A stretch of DNA of 63,690 bases, filler included, from Choristocarpus tenellus KU-1152 (Eukaryota; Protista; Phaeophyceae): the NCBI GenBank assembly GCA_964200185.2. It is 9 parts of 9 records of this genome, joined end to end, with 100 filler letters (N's around TTAATTAATTAA, not from the genome) between each part and the next. Parts side by side here need not be neighbours in the genome. Positions count along the whole stretch, not along the records: positions 11,838 to 14,580 come from CAXNAD020025132.1; positions 14,681 to 17,429 come from CAXNAD020025065.1; positions 17,530 to 38,340 come from CAXNAD020000375.1; 6 more parts are not named here. One strand, 5' to 3'. A program made the translations under genes and the position numbers. This document shows positions 12,384 to 25,000 of the stretch, in pieces (positions within the stretch are counted from its first letter, which is position 1; every line of letters starts with the position of its first letter). The notes beneath the pieces were generated by a model. That model made no database searches, had not been told where the DNA came from, and saw nothing but the letters and a program-made list of their open reading frames with translations.

Positions 12384-12637
12384 GAGTCGAAGTATCTTAG
12401 AGGGTAGAGCCGCGTCCGTTTGGGGCCAACATCCAATGTTGCGATCTTGATGTAATTTTGGCTATCATGTTTGTTTAGAACTGTCAATATACTTGTTTCG
12501 GACACACGTTTTCATAACGTATACATTTTAACTACTCCGACACATTTCGGATTAGGTATAATGCCATTGAAAACCCATGGGAAGCCAAGCCCCAACTAAT
12601 GGACAAACCACTCGTATCCTCTAAGATACTTTCACTC
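12384..12637 (+). mobile_element. MITE family 1 copy
   Basis: TIRs GAGTCGAAGTATCTTAGAGGGTA / TATCCTCTAAGATACTTTCACTC; AAA flanks. Confidence 0.85.
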
Positions 12638-13956
12638 AAAGTGGTATAATATGTACCATTCGTATCGACAGACCGACAAAAAAATATATTATACTTGTTT
12701 GTCTGAGCCTGAGTCCTACCATAACACCAACTACTCCACATCTCCACTCTTTTTAGTTAAATTTTCAAGTCCCTGAATTCGGTAATAGGTTCATCGATAG
12801 AAATTGATTAATCTTTTATTCAAGAAAAAAAAGTCAAGATCCATTTATTTTTAATTAGCACATGAACACCTTGATCAGCAAGTACTATTGTAATATGTAG
12901 TACCCCATAAACAACATTTATACTGCCTAGGTATATTCATATATTTCTTTCTCTTCTTCTTGCCTTTACGGTGAACAGACCATGGATCTGTGGACAAACG
13001 CTTGCCACGATATGGTTTCGAACTGCGAGGGCCAGGGTCTGTTTTCACCTGCCACAGGTCCTCGAACTCGCTTCAAAACTCCTCACTCACCTTTTTTTTT
13101 GTTAAAAAAATAAAAGTGGAACATTCACCGTGAGTTACAAACACGATAAAAAATAAAGGAGCAAAAAAAGAAAAAAGAAAAAAGAAGTCATCATAACCAC
13201 ACAATTACAAAAAAATAAGTACAACATTCAGCATAAGTTGCATACATACACAGGAAGATGGGCACAGAACTGCAACAATCACCACATGTTATTATTATAC
13301 TAAAATATCCACGGACATGTTGCAGTTGTACATAATGTCTTCATGGAGGGAACAAGAAGAAGCATATAAAAGAAAGGAAAATCAGAAATAGACTTAACAC
13401 TGCATAGCATTGATCATGGAATGTTCTAGACAGGGGGAACAGGCCAGGGTGATAGAGCTAGGGATACAGTTCTAAGGTTAGGGTTACAGTAATAGGGTTT
13501 GGGTTAGGACTAGGGTCGGGTCCGCAGAAAGGGTTATGTTTGCTGTGAATCATTGCAGATGTAGCTTATTTTAACCTCATCAAAAAATAATCATGTCCAA
13601 TTCCATTAATATTTTATTAATTGTATGAACAAAGCAATTTCTCCTGTTGAAGTATACTCTATGTGAAAATCATTACAATTGTCGTTTCATTAACCTCTTA
13701 AGAGTAAAAAACATTTCAGTTTCCGCTTTTTTAATATATAAATATGATTTGTTGGAGAGGGGGGAAGGAGATCATGGTGTAAGGTTAAATAGTAGTATTG
13801 AGTAAGGGGAAAATTTCGTTGATAGTACACTTCGAAATCATAGACCCCAGTCAGGGGAGGAAACTTCTTCAAGGTGTATGAATATGATACGTCATCATGA
13901 GTGAGATAGATAGATACAATCGTCACCTTTCTGGGGGGTTGTTTTGACGTGGGTAA

Positions 13957-14182
13957 ATACATACATACATACATACATACATACCACATCATCACCCGCC
14001 TTGCAGACATCCAACACGTCGTCTTGAAGAAGCACCATGATAGACCTTATCCACACACACAAACAAACGTTATTACTTCTACTAATAATAATAAGAAGAA
14101 GAAGAAGAAGAAGAAGAAATGGGAGCATTAGTAGCAGTAATGGTCATCAGTGTAGAGTCAGTTAGAGTCAGTTAGAGTCAGC
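13957..14182. repeat. Microsatellite cluster: (TACA)n, (AAT)n(AAG)n, (AGAGTCAGTT)x~3
   Basis: Directly visible tandem repeats. Confidence 0.85.
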
Positions 14183-14338
14183 CTAAACCGCAGCCAATGA
14201 GTCAGGCATCATTTTTGTCTGAATATAATACCACGGTACTACTCTGAATCCATAACAAGGAGAGTCATTGCTGCGAGGAAACGCACGAGAACAAGAGCTG
14301 CTGCTGAAAACCGACAAACAACAGAGAGACAAAAGAAC

Positions 14339-14580
14339 GAACCAAAGTATCTTAGAGGGTAGAGTCGCGTCCATTTGGGGGTAAAAATTCAATGTTGCAA
14401 CTTGATGTAATTTTAGTTATCGTATTTGTTAGGAAGTGTAAATATCTATGTTCCAGACACACCTTTTCACAACGCATACATTTTATCTAGTCAGAAAACA
14501 TTTCGGAGTAGGAAAATGTCATAATAAAATACATGGGAAGCCAAGCCCCAAATGGACAAACAGGGCAAATCTCGTACCCT
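14339..14580 (+). mobile_element. MITE family 1 copy, truncated at contig end
   Basis: CAAAGTATCTTAGAGGGTAGAG...GGGCAAATCTCGTACCCT then spacer. Confidence 0.8.
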
Positions 14581-14680
14581 NNNNNNNNNNNNNNNNNNNN
14601 NNNNNNNNNNNNNNNNNNNNNNNNTTAATTAATTAANNNNNNNNNNNNNNNNNNNNNNNNNNNNNNNNNNNNNNNNNNNN

Positions 14681-14750
14681 CTCCTGGTCAGGGCCCAAAT
14701 GGATACCCTGGTGTAGAACCCCCCTCCCCCCCCCCACATATTTTGAGCCC
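14681..14750 (-). mobile_element. MITE family 2 end at contig start
   Basis: GGATACCCTGGTGTAGA, poly-C, then ATATTTTGAGCC. Confidence 0.65.
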
Positions 14751-15269
14751 TGAAATAGCTCTTAAATCAACCTCTTACCAGACCCAAGCAGGAAGTGAAC
14801 AGGGAGTGTAGGCGCCATTGAGCGTGCACTTCCTGTTCTCCTTGATGCAGTGAAAACCTTGAAATTGTTGATTCTGGTGAAGTGCTCTATGTAGAGACTT
14901 GAAGTCTTGTAATGTGAAGAGGTGACACAGTGTACTAAAGCACTGAGTTCAAAGTGAAAAGAGTTGTTATGTGCTCTGTGAAGAGGGATGTTTAATACTG
15001 TACACAGTACGGCACTGTGAGCAGAATAGTTATGCACTTTCTGAGTAGAGGCTTGTTACTATATAGAGTAAGTGGTGGATGTATTAACTCTGAGCATATC
15101 TCATCCTGGTACGCATTGGTGTAGACTTATTGCAGAGGAAAGTCGAAGTTTTACAAGGGGGTGACAACTTAAAACTGTACAAGAAGATACCGAATATATT
15201 TGTCCTGTATGTGTCACATAAACGGTGATGTACAAAGTTTGTATGATGGATACAGTCTACTGATCCCAG

Positions 15270-15860
15270 GATCGAATGTAATATTGGTGTAGGTACTGCT
15301 GCAGTGGTAGCGCGAAAGCACACCCACTACGAGGGATCTTTCGACCCTCGTAGTTTAAATATCAGCACCTTCACGGAGGAAGTCTTGGGTACCATGGAAA
15401 AGAAGCAAAAAAGTTAATTGGAGAAGTAAGCCACCCACATAGTAGGGGTGAAAGGGGCGGGAGGATACTGTAGGAGGAAGGCTGTCAACTCCCGTTTGTC
15501 AAAGATAGTGTCCGTCACTGCACAAGTAGCTCTCTTGAGATGTGTCATGCGCTTCAAGCTAGAGTCCCCAGGCAGCTGGGCAAGGAGGGGCCTGTCACAT
15601 TCTTGGGATGTTTCCCTAGCTCCTCGCCCACTTTCGTAGGGCTAAGCTACGTGAGAAAAATAACAGTGTACACATTTTATTGTAGTTACCAAACTTCAAC
15701 GGGGCATTGTTGTGTTGTTAGTTTTCAAACGGTTAATATTATCTAGAGATGTATCTTTTACATTACCGACAACTGTTACTCTTATAGCAGTCGTTGTGGT
15801 ATAGCTTTAGTTTTTCTCTCACATATATGCAAAATGTCAGAGGGCACAACATATTATGAA
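15270..15860 (+). mobile_element. 3' part of a CRE-like (RLE-type) non-LTR retrotransposon relic; second copy at ~55060-55710
   Basis: Degenerate ...RKHTHYEGSFDP...IVSVTAQVALLRCVMRFKL matches 55066-55525 at DNA and protein level; resembles the restriction-like endonuclease C-terminus of R2/CRE elements; shared AT-rich 3' end. Confidence 0.55.
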
Positions 15861-15999
15861 GTAACTACGACCGTACAGAGTGGAGCGTCAAAGTTATAAT
15901 CATATACCATGTAGATCGGTATACAGGAGATGTGAGAGCTTACACACTAAGGAAACGTTTCTAGTGGATGAGGCAACATTATCTATGTATCACGGAGAG

Positions 16000-16400
16000 T
16001 GAGCAGCCATTTTTTCTTCATGCCATCCCTGGAATAGCATTCATGCAATGTTTAATTTGGCGCCATGCCTTCCCTGACTGAGTGGTTTCTTGTGATACAT
16101 GATCCCACCTCTGTGGCTGATGGCAGCTGTGCAGGTGGGCACAACTTGTCTTTCCAACCTTGCTTGGGGCCGCAAACTCCCTCCACTTTCAGAATGACGA
16201 CTAACCTAAGGGACAACCTCCTCAGTACCGCCCAGTTCGCTAAGAGGAGCCCCATGGGCTATATTGTCCATGTCATCTCCAACAAGAGGAAGGGCGGTTA
16301 AAACAAGTGCAGATGCTCTAGGTCCGGCGACAAGACCAAGGGATGTCGCCCTACTCCGTATTTTCCGTAACCATGTGAGTGTATGATGCATGTCCCTCTC
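16000..16400 (-). mobile_element. Degenerate RLE-type non-LTR relic (post-RT region and zinc knuckle)
   Basis: Frameshifted peptides IRSRATSLGLVAGPRASALVLTALP and LRRLSLRL...VCGP...ITRNHSVRE resemble the CRE-clade ASAWL and C-knuckle RH..VR motifs. Confidence 0.4.
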
Positions 16401-16552
16401 TGCACGTTGCCTTCGATTTGTGTTTATGATTCTATTTCGTACTTGGAAGGATACTATATTCATGCATACATAAACCCACTATGGTCTCTTCATTATTTTA
16501 CTCCCTTACCACTATGACCTTCAAGGATTGCTTCCCTCTCTTCTCTCTTTTT

Positions 16553-16712
16553 AGCTCAAAGTATCAGTGGGGGGGAGGGGGGGAGTCTACACCAGGGTGT
16601 CCATTCGGGCCCTGACCAGGAGAAGTGCACTTACATTGTCCATCCGACGAATGCAACCAAATTCACCCAAGAATCGTGACATGGAAAAATGGGTCCCAAA
16701 TGTTGAAACCTA
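16553..16712 (+). mobile_element. MITE family 2 copy (right end degenerate)
   Basis: GCTCAAAGTATCAG, poly-G, GTCTACACCAGGGTGTCCATTCGGGCCCTGACCAGGAGAAGTGCA. Confidence 0.75.
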
Positions 16713-17529
16713 AATCGAATTAACCGTACATGTAAACAAAATGCGCAGACTACTAGCGACGAGGAATTATGGTGTTGTTGCAAAGAGCACTGATGAGTGA
16801 TATACGTAGTCTATGTTATGGATAGGTGTGATTGTGCTGTAAAACACCGATGTATTTATTCTGTTGTAACTGAGGTCATTGATCAGTCAAGAATGACGCG
16901 ATGTGAATTCAGTATTGTTGATTGCTCAATCCAGAATGATGTGACGTAAATTCAGTGTTATTACATCTATGTGTGTTTTTGATACACAGTTTGCAGAGTG
17001 GCGTTGATGCACTTTGAGAGATCAATGGCAGTCACGAAAGAAATAATAAACAATAAATGTACAACTGCCATCTTCTGCTGATAAGAAGAAAGAGTGAAAG
17101 AAATACAAACAACAGAACAGAACAAAATTGAAACAATATGTGATGCAACTCAAGTGACGTACACTATACTATACTATTTGCGTGGAACGCAGAGCAACTG
17201 TTCTGTACTAAGGTATTCTGATTATAGTTGATGTGGTGACGACGAACTAGTGAAAGTAACGTCTAGAACGTAACAGACCAATCAACAGTCAGAGTGTTGA
17301 CTTGTGGAACTGTATCGTATCAAGGAACAAACAGATGAGTAGCCTATGTTATAATACCGAATGGACATCCGCCACATTCTCGTCCGGTCCCCCTGTCCGC
17401 AAGTTTAAAAACATTCCTCTAGACACAGGNNNNNNNNNNNNNNNNNNNNNNNNNNNNNNNNNNNNNNNNNNNNTTAATTAATTAANNNNNNNNNNNNNNN
17501 NNNNNNNNNNNNNNNNNNNNNNNNNNNNN

Positions 17530-17594
17530 GTGTAACAAACGTTTGCACCTCGTTGAAATATAAGAAGAAATACTCGCTCTATTCGCCTGTAACA
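17530..17594 (+). mobile_element. Partial end of the 464-bp LTR family
   Basis: GAAATACTCGCTCTATTCGCCTGTAACA matches the end of 18870-19333. Confidence 0.55.
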
Positions 17595-18226
17595 CATATA
17601 TCGTTCGTTTGTAAACACGTACAAGGAAGTAAACATAGGGTCCAAGAAGAAGGTGTATACATATGATGGAAATTGGTTATTATTGAACACCGCGAACACA
17701 CATATTACATCAAAATCAAACAACAGTCACACGGACTGGAGGTGGCGTGTTCTCTATTGGGGGAGAGTAAAATTAACCAGGAGGGGTGTGTGTTTTGATC
17801 TTTTTATTTTTTAAACTAGTGTTGTGAACCAAGAAGAGAAAATAATAAAGTGCACCGCACAGCTGTGGACTGAACATTTCTAAAACATGTGCCACCTGAA
17901 AGTCAGGGGGCTGTTTAAAACTCGGAGCCAAAGCAATCAAGAGGTAGCCAAGGTTGTATTTAAAGGATCCCGAGAAATGGCAAAAATATACCATTTTGTG
18001 CAACTACAGAGAGAGGCTTTGCTATATTGCGGTGTTACTTTGTGTGCGGAAGTGGGAAATATATATTTTTCATACCTTGTGTGTATGGTGTAATGAAACA
18101 GGGTGTATTGCACAGGGTAAGGAAGCTCACGTAGAATACAAAAGGGCCCAAATTTGCCTACCCCTCAATTACGTTATCTCTCATTCGCACCCCCCTCTTG
18201 GTTACTTTGGATTGGAACTCCTTCTA

Positions 18227-18487
18227 GTGTGAAAGTATCTTAGAGGGTAATATTTTGCCCTGTTTGTCCATTTGGGGCTTGGCTTTCCACGGGTTTTTAA
18301 TAACATTTTACGTACTCCAAAATATTTCTGAGTAGTAGGTAAAATGTATACGTTAGGAAAAGGTGTGTTCGGAATAAGGATTTTGACATCTCCTAACAAA
18401 CACGATAACCAAAACTACATCAAAATTGCAACATTGGATTTTGTCCCCCAAATGGACACAGCTCTACCCTCTAAGTTACTTTGACTC
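18227..18487 (-). mobile_element. MITE family 1 copy (inverted)
   Basis: TIRs present; CTA TSD on both sides. Confidence 0.85.
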
Positions 18488-18869
18488 CTATCTTCTACAA
18501 CAGCTTTATAGATCAATCGGACGAACAAGGGAGATCCTTTCCTCAACACTACTGTGGTATGCAGAAATATCTTCTTGAAATGCATGGTAAGCTCTATATC
18601 TTCCAGTTCAAAAATATTTTTTCCCATATACATGAAATATTTTTCCATAATTTATTCTTGGTCGTTGGATATTGGATGTTTTTGCTCGTTCCTCATCTTC
18701 TGTTTTTAACTCCCTACAAGGGGAGAGGGAGGGGCCTGGCAATTGTTACAAACATCAACTGGTTTTGGTGAAGTCAATATTATTATTGCTACTATTGCTA
18801 TTATTGTTATTATTATTGATATAATTATTTATTTATTATTATTATTATTTACAGCAGTGGTAGTAGTAG

Positions 18870-19333
18870 TATTACAGCGTGCCCCAGAACTCACCTCCAT
18901 AGGATATGTAACTCAAATCCAACAACCTTAAAACGACGCTACGAGGGTCCACAGACGATCACTACGTATGGTGTAAGTTGATGCTTAGCTCAGTTGATGT
19001 CTCGCTTTTCGCTTTATCAAAAGAGGGTAAGGATCAAAGAACAGAGTCGTGTGGCCAACAACAAATCAGCCTTTCATTAACGTCATTCAACGTTTTTCTA
19101 CAGCCAAAGAGTTGAATTATGTCTGCAAACTGCTATGTAATTACTCCAATCATAAAAGTTTATTCTGTAACTTTCAGGAATTGACACCTATTCTGTAAGG
19201 TTATGTGTGCACTTCGAATCTTGCTCTGCATCTTCTATCAATTCAAAGGTCCTCTTATATTAATTCTTACGTATGTATACTGTTCGCGCATTTGACACGC
19301 AGAGAGAAATGCTCGCGCTATTCGCCTGTAACA
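18870..19333 (+). mobile_element. 464-bp LTR-like repeat (probable solo LTR); orientation is relative only
   Basis: Ends TATTACAG...CTGTAACA; collinear in reverse complement with 61844-62307, same length; no matching TSD at this copy. Confidence 0.7.
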
Positions 19334-19369
19334 GAAAGTCAAAAAGGTGAGCTTTGTCATCAGTCACAT

Positions 19370-20270
19370 CCACAGGAGGGGGGAATGTGGGGTGTTAGTG
19401 GATGATCTTTATGACTGGGTACATGTGGAGGAGTAGTAGTTTTACATCTTCAAAGATGGGCAAGATGTGTACCAGCACGGGCACAGAATAAGCATTCCAT
19501 TGTGGAGGTGATGTTCCTTGCAGCTATGGCCTGCCCTGAGAACCTCTCCAACGGGGTGTGGTTCAATGGGAAAATCGGGATCTGGTCAATTGTAGACACT
19601 GAGGTCGCTCAGCACTCCAGCAAACACCACCCCGAGGGCACGGAGGTGCTTGTGCCAGTCACAGTGGAAGGAGAGAGGTAAAAGAAGCTCAAGATCGAGG
19701 ATACCATTCTGGCAATCAAGGCCCATACGCCTAGGCTGGAAGGACACACTATGTTCGTGCAATAGGGTGGGTCAAAGCCATACATCATGGGAGGGATTGT
19801 GGAGGCAATTGAGGAGGTGGCAAGGGACAACATTGACATAGAGATCCAGACAGCCAATTCACCTGACCTCAACATAAATGACCTGGGATTATTTTATTCC
19901 ATCCAGCAACTGAAGGGAAGACGTGGGAGTGACCAATACAGGGGAGCTGGTGGAGGCCAGATGTTACAGGCGATATGTCTTGATGGCGGTTTCACAAACA
20001 CCAGTATGACATTGAAGTTCTAGATTTGATATATTTGTACCTCTTGATTATTTATTTATTATTTGGTAATTATGGTCTCCGATTGTGATAAGACATCATG
20101 GGGGCGTTCAACGTGTATCCCCAGGAGACACTAGAGCACGTCTGGCAGAGTCTCTTAGCAGTGTATGGTGGAGTTCTGGGGTCCAAGGGTGACAGCTTCT
20201 TCAAAATTCCCCAATCTTAGCAAGGAAAAGGCCGAGACATGGGCAAGTTCCCCCCGAATGCCCCGGTCAA
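19370..20270 (+). pseudogene. Degenerate Tc1/mariner transposase, plant-type (DD39D-like)
   Basis: Peptides DDLYDWVHVEE, VMFLAAMACP...WFNGKIGIW, QTANSPDLNINDLGLFYSIQQLK, broken by stops and frameshifts. Confidence 0.85.
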
Positions 20271-20539
20271 TGCAATCAAATACCATGCTGGAATAGAGTT
20301 TTGGAGGGCTTTGAGAGCGGAATTATCGATAGGTATTGACTACCCCATTTTGCTTGATATTTTTGTGGGCAACCTTTCAGTATCTGCACAATACAGCCAG
20401 AAAATCTAAACATGTGAAAGAAACATCTTGCTTCTTCATTAGGTGTTATTGGTAGAGGTGGTGATGCTGGCTTGGGGTGCCTTGGCTTCTGCTTCAGCAT
20501 GGTGTACATCACCTATTACAATTCCTTTCGAGTCAATCA

Positions 20540-20800
20540 ATTGAGAGGTAGGCAGGTTTGATTCCTTTTGCATCCTAAGTCATCGCCCTGTGCAATACAT
20601 TATATTTCCTGCTTCGTATGCACAATAATGTACGCAAAATTGATATTCCACCTTTTCACCCTTAAGATGACACCACAATCCAGCTAATCCTCTTTCCACA
20701 ATACCAATAAATTGCATCAGTTTGCCCTTTCTCGAGATCCTTAAATGCAACTCTGCCTATCTCTCGGTTTGAATATGGAATTGTTAGGCTCACTGCATGA
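20540..20800. repeat. Second copy of the degenerate repeat at 10320-10570; the decayed region may extend to ~21700
   Basis: Shared sequence blocks with 10320-10570. Confidence 0.55.
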
Positions 20801-21710
20801 AACCCATTGTGTTGCCAACCAATGTTCGTATACCACCTTCTCTGTTGGTTGGTTGCCATTGATCTCCATTCCTCAACCGCGATCCTAACCTTCTCAAGGT
20901 TGTCTTGTAGGCACATCCACGAATTCTTCTCCTATACAACTTGCTTCCGTTTCCCATAAGCAGGCTCCCCAAACATCAAAACCTTCAGAAGAAGTAACTC
21001 AGCCCCCATGCATGCTGACTCTGCAAAAAAGAGTTTCCATTTTCGCACAGTCGCTCTGAATACTCTCACACTCAGCTTTCACATAAGATGTTCATTTTTT
21101 TTGGGATGGTCAGTATGGGATCATTACATTCCCGTCTACTAAATTCTATGCAATGTAGGGGAAACATATGGTGATCGGAGGGAAGGTTCATCATATGATG
21201 GGCCTGATTGAGTGTCTCCATCAATGGGTCATATACCATACACTCCAGAGCGTAACAGAACCTCCAGTATAGCAATATGGTATATTAATACCTACTTCAA
21301 TCATGACCTGTAGTAATACATGGATGATAAAAAAAATATAATGTGTGTATAGGAGAGTTGATCATTATCATTCCCATTCATTGTTTTGCTGCATCGTGTA
21401 CCATCTTGCCGTTTGAGTTTTTTCCCAATAATCTCAGTTCCACCGTGGAAGATCGTCAGAAGAATAGGTTTACGTGACTTCCTGTGAAATTCCTTCAAGA
21501 GGCTGCTTCCGAAGGTGGACTCTCCTATCACTGGGGGGTTCCTTCTTAGGACCTCATGTGAACCATCATCCCTCTCTGCAACCTTGTCCTTATATCCAAC
21601 TTTAGCCTCGTTCTATTGGTAACAGTTCGTCTTGGTTCGTCTTCCCTAGTGATTATTTTCTCCAATTTTGTCTGGTGAAGCATATCGCCACAAAATCTCA
21701 CGATCCATAT

Positions 21711-21770
21711 TGACGACGCCGGTGAGATTCGAACTCGAACGTGCAAAACACAAAACTTAGTATTTCAAAC
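21711..21770 (-). pseudogene. tRNA-Ser-like 3' half (variable arm, T-arm, acceptor 3' strand)
   Basis: Minus strand TGTGTTTTGCACGTTCGAGTTCGAATCTCACCGGCGTCG-TCA: long Ser-type variable arm, GAG-TTCGAAT-CTC T-arm and a CCA-like tail; no D-arm or 5' half nearby. Confidence 0.55.
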
Positions 21771-22087
21771 GGAAAATATTTATTGTATTGAAAACTACTC
21801 AATATTATATTGGAAATCTATTTTAAAATGCCATTACAGTATTAGTTCGAACTAATATATAGAACTAATATATATTTTCCATGAAATTTCATAACAGAGT
21901 GGTGGAACGTTGTAGGAGAACGCTAGAGTTTCGGTTTACGTTGTTGTTCTGTATGTTGTGTATGTGGTAGATGAGGAGGATGTAGTTTCCTTTAGTTGTG
22001 TGGATGGACCAATAATAATACCAATTTATAAGTTGACCAAAACAACCCTACTCCACACAGCATCGATCATCAACGAGTAACACTATA

Positions 22088-25000
22088 ATGTCATCTGCTC
22101 CTGAACATAGCACAGACTGGATTACGGAAGTGAGTATGGAGGTCGAGGCATTCGGTGAAACCCCGCCTGAGGAAATTAAGACTGACTGCCCTGTCCAACC
22201 AGCATCCTCGGTACCTCCCCCACCTTCAGACCCTGCCAAAGTGGGGTCGCACTACCAGCACAGCTCGTACTCCCAGTACCACTATCAACCTACGCAAGTC
22301 GGTGCTCAGGTGTGCCATACTGTAGCACTTGTACAAGGAAGATACGTTCCATGATCTCAGGTAGATGTTATTGCATCACTCGTGTTTGATTTCCAATAGT
22401 TCCACCATGCTTTCACAACATTCGGAAGTCCTTTATTTTGCTGCAAGCTGATCCTGCTATATGAACTTTCCTCATATAAACAGTGGGGAGATTACTATGG
22501 GCAGTATCAAGTTGGATATCAGCAGCAGCAGTATCCTCCACCCTACAGTTATGGCGCCTATCATCAACAGGAGCAGTACCCACCTGTCTATAACAATGGC
22601 GCATACGCATCACAGCCTCACTACGGATATCAGCAATACTCCATGACGCATACAACTCCCCAAAATCCTGCGTACTATACACCTGGAGGTCAGCCGCGGC
22701 CACCACCGCCTCCACCGGTCCAATTTCCACTCCCTGTGCCATCCCAACCCCCAATTCAACCACCTCTTCCGGTGCCCCCCCCTCCAGGGATTCCACCTCC
22801 ACCTTCGCAACTGCCACCCCCAGAACTCCCACCACCCCCACTTCCTGTTCAGCCGCCCCTTCCAACATCAGGGCCCCAGCACACTGCATACACGAAAGGA
22901 GCGAATGGCGATGCACCTGACCCATGTACCACATCAAAGGGTCGTGTTATACTCCCAACAAATGAGCCAAGTAGCACATCTATCCAGCTCAGAGAAGCTC
23001 AAGGGTCAAGCTGCGCGCAGAAGGAAATGAGCCCGCAGACTGTGAAAAAGGGGAAAGTTGGTCAACGACCCAATCCGCAACGATTTCAAACGGAGACTAG
23101 TGTACAAGAAGAGAAAAGGGAAAACAAAGAGAAAAAAAAGGAAATTGGGGGTGAGGAAGGGAGCTGGCCTGAATCACTCAAGAGGTACCTTGCCCGGGCA
23201 TTTGCTGCAGGTACTGGTAAAGGTCCAAGTTTTCTAGCGGAAATGGAGAAGTCCCTCCAGGTCGTACTTAGTGATGTGATTGCTAATGACAACATCTGGG
23301 AGACTGATTGGGACAACAAGTCCATACCGAGGTATGAATAACAAGATGGAATGCACTTTGTATTTTGTTGTTTGAAGCTTGGACATGCTCATGATTCCTG
23401 CTCTCCAACCAATCTGCTCTCAAACACGTTCACAGCTGTTTCCCAACTACTACTTCAAGTATTACTTACCCCAGCAGGGATTCTCTGCCGAGCTGGTCTT
23501 TGTCACACAAACAAGCTCCAGAAAAAAACAAGAAGAGACGGTGGGTGAGGATCTATTGATTTGCCTTAACTGATGAGGAAATGTGGGTTCCACGATCTGT
23601 ATGATAAGGGTCATTGGGCGGATACTATGCATGGGCTGATTTTTTTTGTGGTACAGATTGGTAGGTGTATGTTGGAGCTCAGTAGAAGATTGGTAAGAAA
23701 TTTCATGGTGAGCTCTAATGTCCAGACTGCATTGGTGTGAACGATTGATGCTATAATTGTAATCCCACTTCACTGAGGCGCGAGAAAATCATTCCATTTT
23801 TGTGTAGGTGGCACACACCTTCTGTGATGTCACATCCATGCCTACTTATGTAGTATTCAACATTTACATGTTCAAGCATCACAGAAACTTAATGTCCACA
23901 TCACATGTGTTTCTCTCAATGGTTAATTACTCCTCTTAATGTTATTGTCATTTTCTCGTTGTCTATATGCAGACATGGCAATCTTGGTCGTTACAGCACC
24001 AGAGAGTCGCAAAGAAGAGACAGGTCATGTTCGCCCCAGGTCTCTGATGCTGACAAGGAGAGGAGAGAGCAAAGGCGTAGGAGATTTGAGAGGGGTGCTG
24101 CTTGTGCACCGAGTAAGGTAGTTCAGGCTAAGGCACCAACAGTGGTGACGGAAAATGGATATGTAGACTTGAGTGCCATCACAGTGAAAGGAACTTCCAC
24201 CGAGGTGGAGAAGGACTACTTGCGCCTCACACAGGTAAGCCTTCTTGTTTCCTTATTGCATTGCTTGCAATATTGCAAACATTGTTGACTCTTTGCAGTG
24301 GCTGCTGAGCAAAGAGACCATGTTGGCAATGATGAGAAAGTATCTGTGTTTTGTGATCAGCAGTTTGCCAGCGCTCTCATTCATCCTTCCGAATTTCTTC
24401 CAGTAAGCCCTTTGTAGGAATTTTTTCCTGGTGTAAGTTTTGAAGGACTTAGGTGAGGTACCCCTCAGAATCGTGCCTTGTTGTTTTAAGATAACCAGAG
24501 ATGGGATGCACCAATTGGAGGAAGGGAGTAAGGAACCCAATAGTGATGTGGTCAATACTTCCCAGTGCTGAAAGTAGGATACAGTTAGTTTACATATTTT
24601 TACAAGGATAAGTTTTTGGTGAAGCTCTATCCATGACATATTTCTTCTTGGGCTGGCCACCCAGGCTCCAGACCCGGCAACGGTGCGACCGCAACCAATT
24701 CTGGAGAAAGCTATGGCAAGACTTAAGGACAAACAGCTTACACAGAAGGTGGACTACATACACATCTGTTCCCAACTGAAGGCCATCCGCCAAGATCTAG
24801 TGGTGAGAGTGAGACACATGCATGGGTCACTTGAGTGAAAATGTTAAGATTGTTATTCACGCTGGAACTCAGCTCTTTTAGTTGCAGCGATCCCAGGATG
24901 GAAATCTCTGGAATTGATGTATGTGCAATTCCGAGCTTGTGTAGTGTATGGATTATTGCAGATTGTTGTGGTACTTACAAGATGATGATTCTCGAACTCT

